IMG/VR virus record: IMGVR_UViG_3300005537_000001
Coordinates: 124,001 to 188,000 of that record
Strand: one strand, 5' to 3'
DNA length: 64,000 bases
The first letter of the stretch is position 1; each line of letters begins with the position of its first letter. The notes beneath the pieces were generated by a model. The model searched no databases, was not told the DNA's origin, and saw only the letters and a list, made by a program, of their open reading frames with translations. This document shows positions 1 through 10,127 of the stretch, in pieces. Position numbers and translations under genes: made by a program.

Positions 1-183
1 ACGCCGGATGAAGTTGGAAGCATCTTACGTGAACACTTTGGATTAGCTAACTCGCTCGGCGTTAAATCGGAAATCAACTTCATGCTTGAAGAGGGAGTAG
101 GCCGGTTTGTCGGAGTTGATATCAAACTGCCGGTCACGATAGTACGCGGCCAGGTAAAATCAGACGCAACGCTAGATAAATAG
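1..183 (+). CDS. 3' end of a hypothetical protein (partial, ends in TAG)
   Basis: Frame +1 is open from base 1 to TAG at 181-183 (TPDEVGSILREHFG...ATLDK*). Confidence 0.6.
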   Translation, partial: TPDEVGSILREHFGLANSLGVKSEINFMLEEGVGRFVGVDIKLPVTIVRGQVKSDATLDK

Positions 184-198
184 AACCTCATTTCTAAT

Positions 199-272
199 TC
201 GCCCGTAGCTGAGTGGTTTAGCGAGGAACTCTAAATTCCGGTACGTGGGTTCGATTCCCATCGGGCGATCCA
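199..272 (+). tRNA. Amber suppressor tRNA (anticodon CUA), probably Gln-type body
   Basis: Acceptor TCGCCCG/CGGGCGA, D arm GCT/AGC, anticodon loop CT-CTA-AA in GGAA/TTCC stem, GGTTCGATTCC T arm, T73 then CCA; U1-A72 and U73 as in this phage's tRNA-Gln(CTG). Confidence 0.9.
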
Positions 273-284
273 CAACATTGGGGA

Positions 285-557
285 GTGAACATGGCAGCAC
301 ATGTAAAGCGCCGCGATTACGAGGATAGGGTTGATTCGGAATACGGTCTACGAGCTCTCCGAGCCGACATAGATCATCATCTCGCTCACCGACCACTGAT
401 AAACAGCACCTATCACGATCGGCGACTTCCCGTTAATCTATGCGATGAGATCGTTTCAAAGTATTCGACGAGGGGATGGCTGGTTGACTACAACATCCTT
501 GACACCGCCACCGTTTTCTCATTCATGAAATCTTCTTTCCCACATTTGTCAGGTTGA
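285..557 (+). CDS. hypothetical protein
   Basis: ORF with GGGAG SD; no recognised motif. Confidence 0.6.
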   Translation: MNMAAHVKRRDYEDRVDSEYGLRALRADIDHHLAHRPLINSTYHDRRLPVNLCDEIVSKYSTRGWLVDYNILDTATVFSFMKSSFPHLSG

Positions 558-558
558 T

Positions 559-593
559 GTTTACTTTCTTGAAATAGCGTGATAGTATAAATA
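559..593 (+). promoter_or_regulatory. Overlapping T4-like early (GTTTAC...TAGTAT) and late (TATAAATA) promoters
   Basis: GTTTAC 559-564, TAGTAT 583-588, TATAAATA 586-593. Confidence 0.65.
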
Positions 594-697
594 CATTATG
601 AAGTAGATCGCACCTTGACTGGTGCAGCTGCACGGGGTTACAGAATAAGGTCATCAGCCAACCTTCCGTGAATTGGCTCAACGAACTGGAGATTATC

Positions 698-1036
698 ATG
701 AACGCCTAGGTTTCTTCCCACAAGACGTATCTGTACGCCGTTTCTCGTCGCGACATCCCTCTCGCGCAGCAGGCCGTACAAGCGGCACATGCTGGCATTG
801 AATATGCTTACGAGCATGGGCGCCCACTCGATCATCACCCCTCCTACATTCATCTAACCATCCGTGATAAGCCTCACCTCGAGGAGCTTAAATCACGCCT
901 CGCGTCTGAAGGTATTTCGACCACCGAGTTTCATGAACCATACCAGGAATGGGGAATGACCGCGCTTGCCTGTCTTCTTACCGAGGATCAGCGCCACCAT
1001 CTATCTGATTTACAACTATGGAGAGCACACGCGTGA
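698..1036 (+). CDS. Pth2-family peptidyl-tRNA hydrolase with in-frame amber codon at codon 4
   Basis: GGAG SD, ATG AAC GCC TAG, then open frame: KTYLYAVSRRDIPLAQQAVQAAHAGIE...EFHEPYQEWGMTALAC...LSDLQLW, matching the Pth2 pattern (YxxxRxD, Q-x-x-H-A, TALA, terminal LxL); absent from the ORF track. Confidence 0.8.
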
Positions 1037-1596
1037 AAATAAATTATACCCAAAACCCACTCGCGACAACTATTGAGCTTAACGAAGTCGAAAAGAAGGA
1101 ACTGTGGTACAAGGTAAAGGTAGAGGAGCTAAAGGAACGGCTTTTCATGGCGTATTTTCGATTGAGCGATGGTGATATTGACTCTGCTAAGTCGGAGCTG
1201 GATCCCAAATATTATTCTGAAGATGCAGGTGGAAAGACACCTATCGATGCGCGAGTTGACGAACTTTACGGTTGGTATCTTAGCGAGCTTTCCGAAGGTG
1301 TGCATGGCGGTGACTGCACGTGTTCTGCCTGCGCGTGTCCAAAGTGTCACGCTGAACAGTTAATCGGAATCGACACCATGCCCGGTCTTGGAAAGCACAG
1401 CGCGTCCAAAATTATTCACGCGTTCACCGATACCAGAACTACCGCTAAAGACGTTGTCGCGCATCTGAGAAATAACCCGATAAAGGTAACCGAAGATTGG
1501 CACCGTGCGCACATCAACCGCTGGACGACTGAGCAGGCAGCCGCGATAGATTGGCTCGAAAATTATCGTATCAACATTCTAGGAGAAACACCATGA
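1033..1596 (+). CDS. hypothetical protein with Cys cluster (HGGDCTCSACACPKC)
   Basis: ORF track 1018..1596; GTG start at 1033 overlaps the upstream TGA. Confidence 0.7.
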   Translation: MKINYTQNPLATTIELNEVEKKELWYKVKVEELKERLFMAYFRLSDGDIDSAKSELDPKYYSEDAGGKTPIDARVDELYGWYLSELSEGVHGGDCTCSACACPKCHAEQLIGIDTMPGLGKHSASKIIHAFTDTRTTAKDVVAHLRNNPIKVTEDWHRAHINRWTTEQAAAIDWLENYRINILGETP

Positions 1597-2249
1597 CGTA
1601 GAACCGGTCAATAACTCTCGATCACCTTCGCGAACAGATGCAAGCTTGTTTTCAGGCTCCGAATCTTAACATGTTGCAGCACGGAGAGATGGTTCATTCT
1701 CAATACGCACAGCTCATCGCAGCGCTCAACGCGAATGATACTCAGTACAAAGAACTTCGCGACGTTTATGCTCGGTATAGGGATAAGCTTCCCGCACCCG
1801 AAGTGCTAGAGCGCTATCATACATACCATGACTGCGGAAAACATCTCTGCGAGATTATCGATGGGTGCACCGGTAAGCGACAATTTCCCAACCACGCGGA
1901 AATTTCAGCCAAGCAGTATGCGACCATCTTTCCTGAAGATGGGTTTACGAAGCAGCTTATCGCCATGGACATGAACTTTCACATCCTGCGCGGTGATGAC
2001 CTGATTAGAACCTGTCGAAGCCCGTTCGCGCCAATTCTTTACTTCACGGCGTGGGCTGAGATAAACGCGAACGCGGAGATGTTTGGCGGAAGACAGTCGG
2101 AAAGTTACAAGATTAAAAGATCCAGATTAATTCAAGCTGGAAAGAAGCTACTAAACCATAAGGAGAACAACAATGTGGCCATTCTCAATGTTCAAGCGCA
2201 GCCCAGTGCAGGAGAAGAAAATTTATCGGTGCAAGGTGTGCAGCTATGA
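1593..2249 (+). CDS. HD-domain phosphohydrolase with in-frame amber codon at codon 3
   Basis: AGGAG SD, ATG ACG TAG (1599-1601) in frame with ORF 1638..2249; H...YHDCGK...FPNHAEIS motifs as in HD domains; ATGA overlap with the upstream stop. Confidence 0.75.
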
Positions 2250-2667
2250 AGCACCATCCTTAATGCAGATATCTTATCACTATTGCGAAGATGCTGATGT
2301 GAAATTTGCATTTACGACTCGGGATGAATACGCGACATATCGAGAAGATTGGAAGGCGCGCTACGCCGCTCAAATTCTCAATATTAGACAAGCTAAGGAG
2401 GCCTTTAAGCTAGCGCACCGTAAGTTCTCGATTGAATCCAAAGGTGAAAGATTCTGGCCGATTCTAGCATCTGATGAAGAGATGAGTCGATATAAGGCAC
2501 TGCGTCCGGTGCACGGTGAGATGGAGACTGCTCGATCATCTCTCAAGATGGCTAAGCAGGGAGCAACTGATCTTCTCGCTGAGAGAGGAGATTCAAAGGT
2601 TGAAGCTGGCCGACAGCGCGATCTTCGACTACAGCATAAACCTGTGTACGTTGTAGCAGCATCGTGA
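2173..2667 (+). CDS. hypothetical protein
   Basis: ORF with AGGAG SD. Confidence 0.65.
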   Translation: MWPFSMFKRSPVQEKKIYRCKVCSYEAPSLMQISYHYCEDADVKFAFTTRDEYATYREDWKARYAAQILNIRQAKEAFKLAHRKFSIESKGERFWPILASDEEMSRYKALRPVHGEMETARSSLKMAKQGATDLLAERGDSKVEAGRQRDLRLQHKPVYVVAAS

Positions 2668-2681
2668 TAAAATGATTGAGA

Positions 2682-2759
2682 GTCTCCGAGGCGAAGTCAG
2701 GTAAACGCAGCGACCTCTAAAATCGTTAAGAGTGGGTTCGAAGCCCACCGGAGACGCCA
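2682..2759 (+). tRNA. Second amber suppressor tRNA (anticodon CUA), amino-acid identity unclear
   Basis: Acceptor GTCTCCG/CGGAGAC, D arm GCG/CGC, loop CT-CTA-AA, T arm GTGGG-TTCGAAG-CCCAC, G73 then CCA. Confidence 0.85.
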
Positions 2760-2846
2760 TTCTGATTGTACTTCTCTGATTATACGATATAGAATTTCAT
2801 TCACTGAAAAAGTGATTTGAAATCTTTTGTAACTTAGGAGAACTCG

Positions 2847-3938
2847 ATGAAGACTACGTCAATTTTTGCTGCAGCAATCCTTGCGCTGATCAGCGCAACG
2901 GCGATTGCAAATGGTTACGTTTATCCGGATGGACACGGTGGTTACAAAGATGACCACGGTCAACCTTGTGACCAGTATGGAAATCCCAAGCCAAAACCCA
3001 CCCCAACTCCCCCACCTAAGCCGACCCCCACACCAACGTCAAGCAGCTCTTCATCGAGCTCTTCATCGAGCTCGTCCTCAAGCGCAGCTGGTGGAAATGC
3101 GTCAGCAACCGGTGGCTCTGCGAATCAACAGCAGTCTCAGCAGCTAAACAATAGCGGAAATTCTACCAACGTGAATAGCGTTACCGGTGGAAATTCTTCT
3201 GCTTCTATCGCGTCCGGCGCTGTGAAGGTCAACAACACCGCAAGCGGCGGAGCTGGTGGTTCAGCTACTGGCGGCAATGCAACCGGCGGTTCAGCCTCAA
3301 TCAGCGCTGGTGCAGTGCAGAACACAGTAGCTGGTGGTACAGCGTCGATCGCGGCCGGTGCCGTTCGAAACACCAACACGTTGTCGACTGGAGCATCTAC
3401 GTCGAGCGCAAACAACAATGGAAATCTTTCCAACGTTGGTAATGCTTCAGCTGTAACCGGTGCATCTACGTCTTCCGTTGGTAACATTACGGCGGGTGCT
3501 GGAGCTGGCGCGAACGCTGGTGACAACAATGGCAACGGTTCAAACAACACGGCGATCAACACTACGTACGCCGCGGCAAGAATTCCAGTGAGTACCGCCT
3601 ATTCAGCTGGCCTGACCAGTGGATTGGACACGTGTCTTGGTTCGGCTTCTGGTGGCTTGCAGCTACCATTGGTTGGCGCAACGTTTGGATCAACCAAGAC
3701 GGATGATAATTGCGTCAAGATCAAGCGGACGCACCTGGTAGCGGAATTCAGCATTCCGGCGGGATGCGCGTACATGCTGAAGAACATTCCGGGTGCCAAG
3801 GAAGCCTTTAACGAGGTCGGTGCCGTATGTCTTCCTCCGCCTGCTGTGACAACGGCGCCTCTGCCAACCGATGCGGTGACGCACGATGAGCTGCGTGAAG
3901 TCGAAACTCGCATCACAACCAAGATGGTTCAAAAGTAA
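2847..3938 (+). CDS. Exported low-complexity (Pro-Thr/Ser/Gly/Asn-rich) protein with Cys-rich C-terminal domain
   Basis: Signal peptide MKTTSIFAAAILALISATAIA; PT repeats; poly-Ser. Confidence 0.8.
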   Translation: MKTTSIFAAAILALISATAIANGYVYPDGHGGYKDDHGQPCDQYGNPKPKPTPTPPPKPTPTPTSSSSSSSSSSSSSSSAAGGNASATGGSANQQQSQQLNNSGNSTNVNSVTGGNSSASIASGAVKVNNTASGGAGGSATGGNATGGSASISAGAVQNTVAGGTASIAAGAVRNTNTLSTGASTSSANNNGNLSNVGNASAVTGASTSSVGNITAGAGAGANAGDNNGNGSNNTAINTTYAAARIPVSTAYSAGLTSGLDTCLGSASGGLQLPLVGATFGSTKTDDNCVKIKRTHLVAEFSIPAGCAYMLKNIPGAKEAFNEVGAVCLPPPAVTTAPLPTDAVTHDELREVETRITTKMVQK

Positions 3939-3983
3939 AGTGATCGGCTGGATGCCCTTGATCCAGCCAATCTCTTCAGGAGA

Positions 3984-4493
3984 GTGAACATGAAAACTTT
4001 AGCAATCATGATGCTGCTTATTTCATCCGCCGCCGTCGCCAAGGATCCAGCTATTGATGTGGATTGCAACAAGATGGCCACAAACGCTAAAAGCTTTGCC
4101 CAGCTGAAAGCGACCGGCGTAGCAAATACGCCAGAGCAATTTTCAAGTTTCATAGTTTCTCCAACCGTTCAAACGTACCCGATTCGGTCAATTCTCAGCT
4201 ACGTGTTTGAGTCAAGCGACAAGAGTCCAGAGCAGATATACGCGGCACTCTACGGGCGCTGCGTGCAGATGGGGTACAAGGATCTTCTTCAGTATTTTAC
4301 CGAACGCGAAGCTTACCTGGACATGAAGGTTACCAATGATGAACTGGTTAAAAAACTTGCGACATCTGAACACGATCGTGGAGTTCTACTGCAGCAAATT
4401 TCACAGCTGAAGCAGATTATCGCATCTCAGCCTGCAAAACACCGCGCAAATTATGTTGTTGATACGACACCGTTGGTAGTTAACGGTAAATAG
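3984..4493 (+). CDS. Exported hypothetical protein
   Basis: Signal peptide, C-terminal coiled coil. Confidence 0.7.
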   Translation: MNMKTLAIMMLLISSAAVAKDPAIDVDCNKMATNAKSFAQLKATGVANTPEQFSSFIVSPTVQTYPIRSILSYVFESSDKSPEQIYAALYGRCVQMGYKDLLQYFTEREAYLDMKVTNDELVKKLATSEHDRGVLLQQISQLKQIIASQPAKHRANYVVDTTPLVVNGK

Positions 4494-4590
4494 TATTCGT
4501 AACAACATTTTCAAGGCGGAGAATACCGTTAAAGAAAGTTACGACATTTGGGAGTCTAGGATGGACTCCCATTATTTTTGAGGAGAGAAA

Positions 4591-4875
4591 ATGAACATCA
4601 CTTTTGATTTTGACAAGATGATGAAGTTGTCTACAAATCCAGCTGCATTCGAAGCTGAGCGGACCAAGATCATCAATTCTTACATCGATTCTCTACCAGA
4701 GGAGAATAGACAGGCAGCGCACCGATTCCAAAATGATTTGGATTTAAAGCGAATTACGCTATCATCTTCCGATTTTATCGCTTACTGTTCAGCGCGCATC
4801 CAGCAGAATCTGGTAAAAGTTGATGCGCTATCCACATCAGCTAAATCAGCGCTGCTTAAGCTCTCCCAAGAATGA
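4591..4875 (+). CDS. DUF3135-like protein
   Basis: FDxMMxL...PAAFEAERxxII...LP...RFQxxLD pattern. Confidence 0.55.
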   Translation: MNITFDFDKMMKLSTNPAAFEAERTKIINSYIDSLPEENRQAAHRFQNDLDLKRITLSSSDFIAYCSARIQQNLVKVDALSTSAKSALLKLSQE

Positions 4876-4994
4876 TTTTCGATTCGCACGCATATACACG
4901 CGATAGCTGCCATGTTATAATTGCTTCACGATAGGATAGTTTGAACCGCCGGCAGGTAGATAAATAGTTCTGCGGAACCTACTAGGAGCAACAG

Positions 4995-5279
4995 ATGAAA
5001 GTTTTCGAAATTTTGAGAAATGATACACCTGCCGTAACTGAACAGCAAATCATAGATCGTTTGAAATCTTTCGATTGGAAGTATGAATTTTCCGAGGACG
5101 CGCGCCGCGTCGAAAAGGGTAACAGGGAGCTCGAGGTCCTTGAGAACATGGTTTACAGTCTTTGGAAAACTAGCCCTGAAAAAGCGGTCAAGATATGGAA
5201 TGAAAATGCTCCCGGGTTTAAAGGTCATACAACCGTAGTTCCATCATTTCTCTTTAGACTCCAGCAGCAGGAAAAGTAA
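4995..5279 (+). CDS. Probable virion internal protein (MKVFEIL N-terminus)
   Basis: Late-type ATAAATA upstream; capsid-targeting-like N-terminus. Confidence 0.6.
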   Translation: MKVFEILRNDTPAVTEQQIIDRLKSFDWKYEFSEDARRVEKGNRELEVLENMVYSLWKTSPEKAVKIWNENAPGFKGHTTVVPSFLFRLQQQEK

Positions 5280-5370
5280 TGTCGATATTACTACAGCCGG
5301 ATGTAATATTGCTGCTGGTTGTTGTGATGCTGGGCGCGGCAGCCATATCGCTAATGACCACGCGAAAGTA

Positions 5371-5964
5371 ATGTTCTTCTATCGCTACAAGCCGCGCAGC
5401 ACGCATCTTCACAAATTTGAAGCTGAGATGCACAAGCGCTATCTGTCAAAACGGTGTAAGCTGGTTAGATGCATCACGCCTACGCTACACGTTTTCAAAT
5501 TTTTCGATCGCAATGATCGAGATTGGATCTACTGTGCGATCAACCCAATCATCGCAAAAACATTCAAGCCAAAGCGTACCCTCAAGGCAAATCCAGCTAT
5601 CTACGGTTTTTGTTCACTTACAAAGATCCCAAGATGGGTAGCGCACGAAGTGTCAATGCTGTACGTAAATCCCGATGCACGCGGCAAAGGCATCAGTAGC
5701 TTTATCTACGACACGGTTCTCAAGGACAAGATCATTTTGGTTTCCGGAGAGCTGCAAAACATACGCGCCAGAGCCATCTGGATTAAGCTGGTTAAGAATG
5801 AAAGCTACACGGTGTGGGCACAGGATCTCATGGACCTCTCGCGCAAGGATATTGTCTACATCGAAAATGATGAACTGAGTTGTAGCTTGAAGCTCTACAA
5901 CGATCTCAAGATGAAGCGCCGCAAGAAGAAGGAAGACATTCGACTGATTGCGGTGATCAAGTGA
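5371..5964 (+). CDS. GNAT-fold acetyltransferase-like protein
   Basis: LYVNPDARGKGISS acetyl-CoA motif A. Confidence 0.7.
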   Translation: MFFYRYKPRSTHLHKFEAEMHKRYLSKRCKLVRCITPTLHVFKFFDRNDRDWIYCAINPIIAKTFKPKRTLKANPAIYGFCSLTKIPRWVAHEVSMLYVNPDARGKGISSFIYDTVLKDKIILVSGELQNIRARAIWIKLVKNESYTVWAQDLMDLSRKDIVYIENDELSCSLKLYNDLKMKRRKKKEDIRLIAVIK

Positions 5965-6254
5965 TCAGATGCCCACTGTGCCTTCGCGAGCTTGGAACGA
6001 TAAACGTTGACTCCCATCACCTTATCCCTAAAGCCTTTAAGGGAAAGGAACTGGTAGATCTTCACAAAATCTGTCACCGTAAGATTCACGCTACGTTTAG
6101 CGAAAGAGAGCTGCTTCACTACTATCACACGATAGATCGACTGCTTGAAAGCGAGCACATTCAGAAATTCGTTAAGTGGGTAGCAAAGAAGCATCCAAGC
6201 TTCTACGACAGCAGCGATGAAACTGCTTCCCGTAAGGGTAAGCGTCGCCGGTAG
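5961..6254 (+). CDS. Small HNH endonuclease
   Basis: CPLC...HHLIPK...LHKICHRKIH. Confidence 0.8.
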   Translation: MIRCPLCLRELGTINVDSHHLIPKAFKGKELVDLHKICHRKIHATFSERELLHYYHTIDRLLESEHIQKFVKWVAKKHPSFYDSSDETASRKGKRRR

Positions 6255-6266
6255 TATAAATACCAG

Positions 6267-7484
6267 GTGATCTCAAACCTGGGTAAAATAATGAAGATCG
6301 TTAAGGCGTACGCAGTTCTAGAACCAACACTTCACCAGTCAGTTACTGAAGCTGGATGGTTGGATTCTATCAAGCAGCGGGTTGGCTTGGGTCAGCCAGC
6401 TCCTAAGCAAGCTCAACCGGCGCAACCCGAACCACCGGATGTTGCAAGACCAACGGCTACGTCAGAAGCGGATGATCCACTCGGCCACGTGGTAGGATCT
6501 ATTCTAAAACCGGTTACATCTGGACAAACGCGCTTCGTTCTCAAGCTCGATCGCGGTGAGCTAACGTCTCTTTATCTCAAGAATGACGCGAACACCCACC
6601 TGCAGCTCGCTAAGCAGCTGCTCGGCGTTACCGAAAGCGCGAAATATTCCCTCATATCGCTGCTAGAAGATCCAGCTACCGGTGAACCAAATGATCCTAA
6701 TTCAGTTCAAGCTGCCCAGGCTGATCTAGCGAAGGCCGCTCCCGCAACAGCGGCAAAACCCGCTCAACCAAAGGCCGCTCCAAAAGCAAAACCTAAAGCT
6801 ACGGCAAAGCCAAAATCCACCGCTCCCGTTAAGGCGCTACCAGCTGGATACAAATTTTCTGACTTGATCAGCAACAACAATGGTAAGGACTACACGGTTC
6901 TGCTTGATGTACCTCAACAGCTGGCTAAAGCATACCAGGCAAATCCAACACCAGAAACTCTTGCGCAGATGATGAATCACAAGTACTATGCTGCTACCAT
7001 CAGCAATTCTCGCGCACAAAGAATAGCACAATATATGGACAAAGCAGCTGGGGATATTGATGCTGAAGCTGTTGCATTCAATCCAGATATCATCGTAAAT
7101 TACCCCGCTGCCCAAACCATCAAGCAAGCAAAGCTTGAGTGGAACAAAGCTCATGCTGATGTCCACAACAAGATGACTAATGGTGATTTCGATAAATCTG
7201 CAACTACTGTGGCGCCAACAGCTCAGCCAGCCGCAGATCAAAATCCAAGCGAGCCCGCCGCAACCAAGCAAGCCCCGACGACACCAGCGGAAACACCACC
7301 GACCGGTGAGACGGCTGGAGTAACCGCGGCTGCTGATTCGACACCTCCAAATACCGTTAACGCGGCTCACGATTCTCTTCTAGCTCTCTCTAGAAAATTC
7401 GCAAAAGATGATCCTAATCGAAAGATCTTGGACAAAGCTTTACAGGTTATCAAGCTGATGCAGAAGGCCACCACTATCAAGTAG
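6267..7484 (+). CDS. Ala/Pro/Lys-rich late protein, probable virion internal protein (likely start ATG 6291)
   Basis: TATAAATA at about 6255; VTE/LLE protease-like sites. Confidence 0.7.
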   Translation: MISNLGKIMKIVKAYAVLEPTLHQSVTEAGWLDSIKQRVGLGQPAPKQAQPAQPEPPDVARPTATSEADDPLGHVVGSILKPVTSGQTRFVLKLDRGELTSLYLKNDANTHLQLAKQLLGVTESAKYSLISLLEDPATGEPNDPNSVQAAQADLAKAAPATAAKPAQPKAAPKAKPKATAKPKSTAPVKALPAGYKFSDLISNNNGKDYTVLLDVPQQLAKAYQANPTPETLAQMMNHKYYAATISNSRAQRIAQYMDKAAGDIDAEAVAFNPDIIVNYPAAQTIKQAKLEWNKAHADVHNKMTNGDFDKSATTVAPTAQPAADQNPSEPAATKQAPTTPAETPPTGETAGVTAAADSTPPNTVNAAHDSLLALSRKFAKDDPNRKILDKALQVIKLMQKATTIK

Positions 7485-7709
7485 TGTATTCTTCACAGAC
7501 TTCATGATACAATACTTCATCAGTTCAAACAGGATGAATGTCATGACCGTCACCCAAGTCGCTACTGATCTTCGCAAGCTGATGGCTAAGCTTACCGATT
7601 CCGAGCTGGAGCTGTTCGCCGCCAAAATGGGTGTTGATACCGTCGGTCTTATCCGGACTGAAATTGAAGAAGAATGCGTCGCTGTCGAGCAGTATACGTT
7701 CACCCACTG

Positions 7710-8138
7710 ATGAGCGCCAACGATCCCCAGCTTAAAAACCTTTATCGATGGGAAGGGTCGAACGGTTGGGATGTGTCTAACGCAAGCTTCAAGAAAGCTA
7801 AAGATGCAATCATTTTCGCGTGCAGCTATTTTTCGGTGAGCGCGCCAGAAATCAAGCTGCACAAAAATAGAAATCTTCCGTTTTCGATTCCGGATAAAAT
7901 GGTCATTGGGCTGCAGCGCGACCGCTATTTAAACGTGCCTATCGCGCTGCATGAAGCTTCACATCACATAGCGTGGCACTTGTTTGGATCAAGAATACAA
8001 GATCACGGCCCTACGTTTTTAGGAATTTATCTCCACCTCCTTGAAACGGTGGAGGTTGACACCCGGGTTGCGCTGCGTACCAGCGCTCGAGCCCACAAGT
8101 TGAAATGGCGAACAATTATCCCAAGGAGTTTGATATGA
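7710..8138 (+). CDS. SprT-like zinc metalloprotease
   Basis: LHEASH...DHGPTF. Confidence 0.65.
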   Translation: MSANDPQLKNLYRWEGSNGWDVSNASFKKAKDAIIFACSYFSVSAPEIKLHKNRNLPFSIPDKMVIGLQRDRYLNVPIALHEASHHIAWHLFGSRIQDHGPTFLGIYLHLLETVEVDTRVALRTSARAHKLKWRTIIPRSLI

Positions 8139-8610
8139 GCAGTAGAGTACACACAACCCAAAATATGTCTGGTTGGGATTTGAGGGCTCTGCAAAATCGA
8201 GCAAGGGAGCTTAATGGCATCATTCAGGCCGAATCTTTGCGCCGCAGCGCCGCTCAAGAAGAGCTTCGTCAAATTGACATCCATATTCGTGAGCTGGATA
8301 GGGTCTCAAAGCAGACAGCTAAGGCGAGCATGCAAGAAAAGGTAGAAAAGATAAAAACCATCATCAAAGAGTGCCAAGCAATCGCGACTGAAGCGAACAT
8401 CGAGTTTTCACTGTCGGATATCGGCTACATGACCGAGGATGAAATGTTGGACAATGGCTGGCAATCAAGCAGCTGTTAAATCAGGTTGTACTTTTGATCT
8501 CCCATAGGGTATAAATATTGCGTACTCAGCAATTACCATGTTGAGGACAACATAAACTGACTTTAACCAAACCATTGGGTGCTAGTCAACACCGTTAAAT
8601 AGGAGATAAA

Positions 8611-9564
8611 ATGATGTACTCAGATAAGCTAGCCATAGCAGTCAAAGTAAATGGCAAGGTCCTTCGAGAATTCAAGGACACCGCATTCGTTCCATTCGGA
8701 TACGAATATTCCCTCTTAATTCGCAACCTCAACTCAGTACGCTGCCGCGTAAGCATTTCGATCGACGGCAAGGACATAGCTGATGGTGATTCATTCATCA
8801 TCAACGCAAATTCCTCGTTGGAGATTGAGCGCTTCCTCAAGAACGGTAATATGCGCGCCGGAAATCGCTTCAAATTTATCGAGCGTACCGCCGGCGTCGA
8901 AGCGCACCGTGGTGGAGCTCAAGTTGAAGACGGTATCATTCGCGTTGAGTTCGAATTCGAGAAGGAACTGGCGCCATACAAGCAGCACTATCCGGTTTGG
9001 GAACCGACACCATGGGTTAAGCCAGTTTGGCCAAAACCATACTGGTACGGTTCGCCAGGTGACATCACGTATGGATCAATCGGCGGTAGTTCAGCTGGTT
9101 TCACCAGCAACATGAACACGCTAAACGATGGGCACTCGGCATCTTGCAGCTTTACCGCTAATTCTGCTGGGGCAGCATCGATAAATTGCTCAGCTGCGGC
9201 AACATCCGATTCGATGTCATACGGAAAGGGCATTGATGGTGGAAGAAAACCGGATGCCTCGCTAACCAAGAGCACCGTTCGCGCCCGCGGGTTCGTGCCA
9301 TCAGCTGAAGAAAAGATAGTCAATGAAGCTGGAATCACAGCACCTGGATCTATCTCAAACCAGCAGTTCCACAACGTGTCAGACATCAACGGTGATGGCG
9401 TAAAGCACGCGATGGTTGTCCGCCTGGTAGGTGAAATTGGTCAGAACAAGATAACCCGTCCAGTGACGGTTTCTTCAAAACCAAAGTGCACCTCATGCGG
9501 GCGTACGAATAAATCAAGCAGCAAATTTTGTGTCGAGTGCGGCACAAGCTTGGTCATCGTCTAA
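8611..9564 (+). CDS. Phage protein with C-terminal zinc ribbon
   Basis: CTSCG...FCVECG; strong SD. Confidence 0.75.
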   Translation: MMYSDKLAIAVKVNGKVLREFKDTAFVPFGYEYSLLIRNLNSVRCRVSISIDGKDIADGDSFIINANSSLEIERFLKNGNMRAGNRFKFIERTAGVEAHRGGAQVEDGIIRVEFEFEKELAPYKQHYPVWEPTPWVKPVWPKPYWYGSPGDITYGSIGGSSAGFTSNMNTLNDGHSASCSFTANSAGAASINCSAAATSDSMSYGKGIDGGRKPDASLTKSTVRARGFVPSAEEKIVNEAGITAPGSISNQQFHNVSDINGDGVKHAMVVRLVGEIGQNKITRPVTVSSKPKCTSCGRTNKSSSKFCVECGTSLVIV

Positions 9565-9569
9565 AAACC

Positions 9570-9598
9570 AAGGCGGTAGGTAAAACTACCGCCTTTTT
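9570..9598 (+). terminator. Intrinsic terminator
   Basis: AAGGCGGTAG-gtaaaa-CTACCGCCTT then T run. Confidence 0.85.
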
Positions 9599-9631
9599 AG
9601 GCTCCGGAATTAGGTCGGTCCTAAATACCTG

Positions 9632-10072
9632 ATGGATGATGAAATCGAAAGCGCTATAATCCCTGATAAGGGTATCTGGAACAAAACTCGTGAGATAGTA
9701 TCGAGTCCGGTTTCCGCTATCTCGAAGATGACCAAGGAGAGTCCGGCTATGGTTCTCATCGCGATTCTACTGGTAGTGCAGCCGGTAGTTCAAACCGGCA
9801 TCGATCTCGTAAGAAGCTTCATCGAGTTTAAGCAAGATCTGGATCCAAACACCAGACCGGTAACAAAAGCGGAACTCGACGTCATCAACTCAAAGATCGA
9901 TTTTCTTGAAAAGCTAGTTTTGGCCGACACCGCAGATGATCGCAAGCTGCTTAACAGTCAGCTGAAGAGATCTACGGCTAAGTCGGTAGATTACGATTCT
10001 CTGAAAAAGAAACTCGATGATGTCGAGAAGAAGGCTGACGAAGATTACAAGGAACACAAGCCTAAGAAGTAA
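9632..10072 (+). CDS. Membrane-anchored hypothetical protein
   Basis: One hydrophobic segment, coiled-coil tail. Confidence 0.65.
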   Translation: MDDEIESAIIPDKGIWNKTREIVSSPVSAISKMTKESPAMVLIAILLVVQPVVQTGIDLVRSFIEFKQDLDPNTRPVTKAELDVINSKIDFLEKLVLADTADDRKLLNSQLKRSTAKSVDYDSLKKKLDDVEKKADEDYKEHKPKK

Positions 10073-10127
10073 AATTTACTTCTGAAATCAAGCATGATAT
10101 AATACCTTACAACCTGAGGTATTCCCA

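Noticed and set aside
610-690. ZTP (pfl) riboswitch
   Set aside because: GACTGG..GGGG is only a superficial resemblance; the 3' CGCCTGGGC element is absent.
2682-2759. tRNA-Pyl / pyrrolysine system
   Set aside because: Has canonical GG and TTC loops and a normal variable region, unlike tRNA-Pyl; no pylS/B/C/D in the window.
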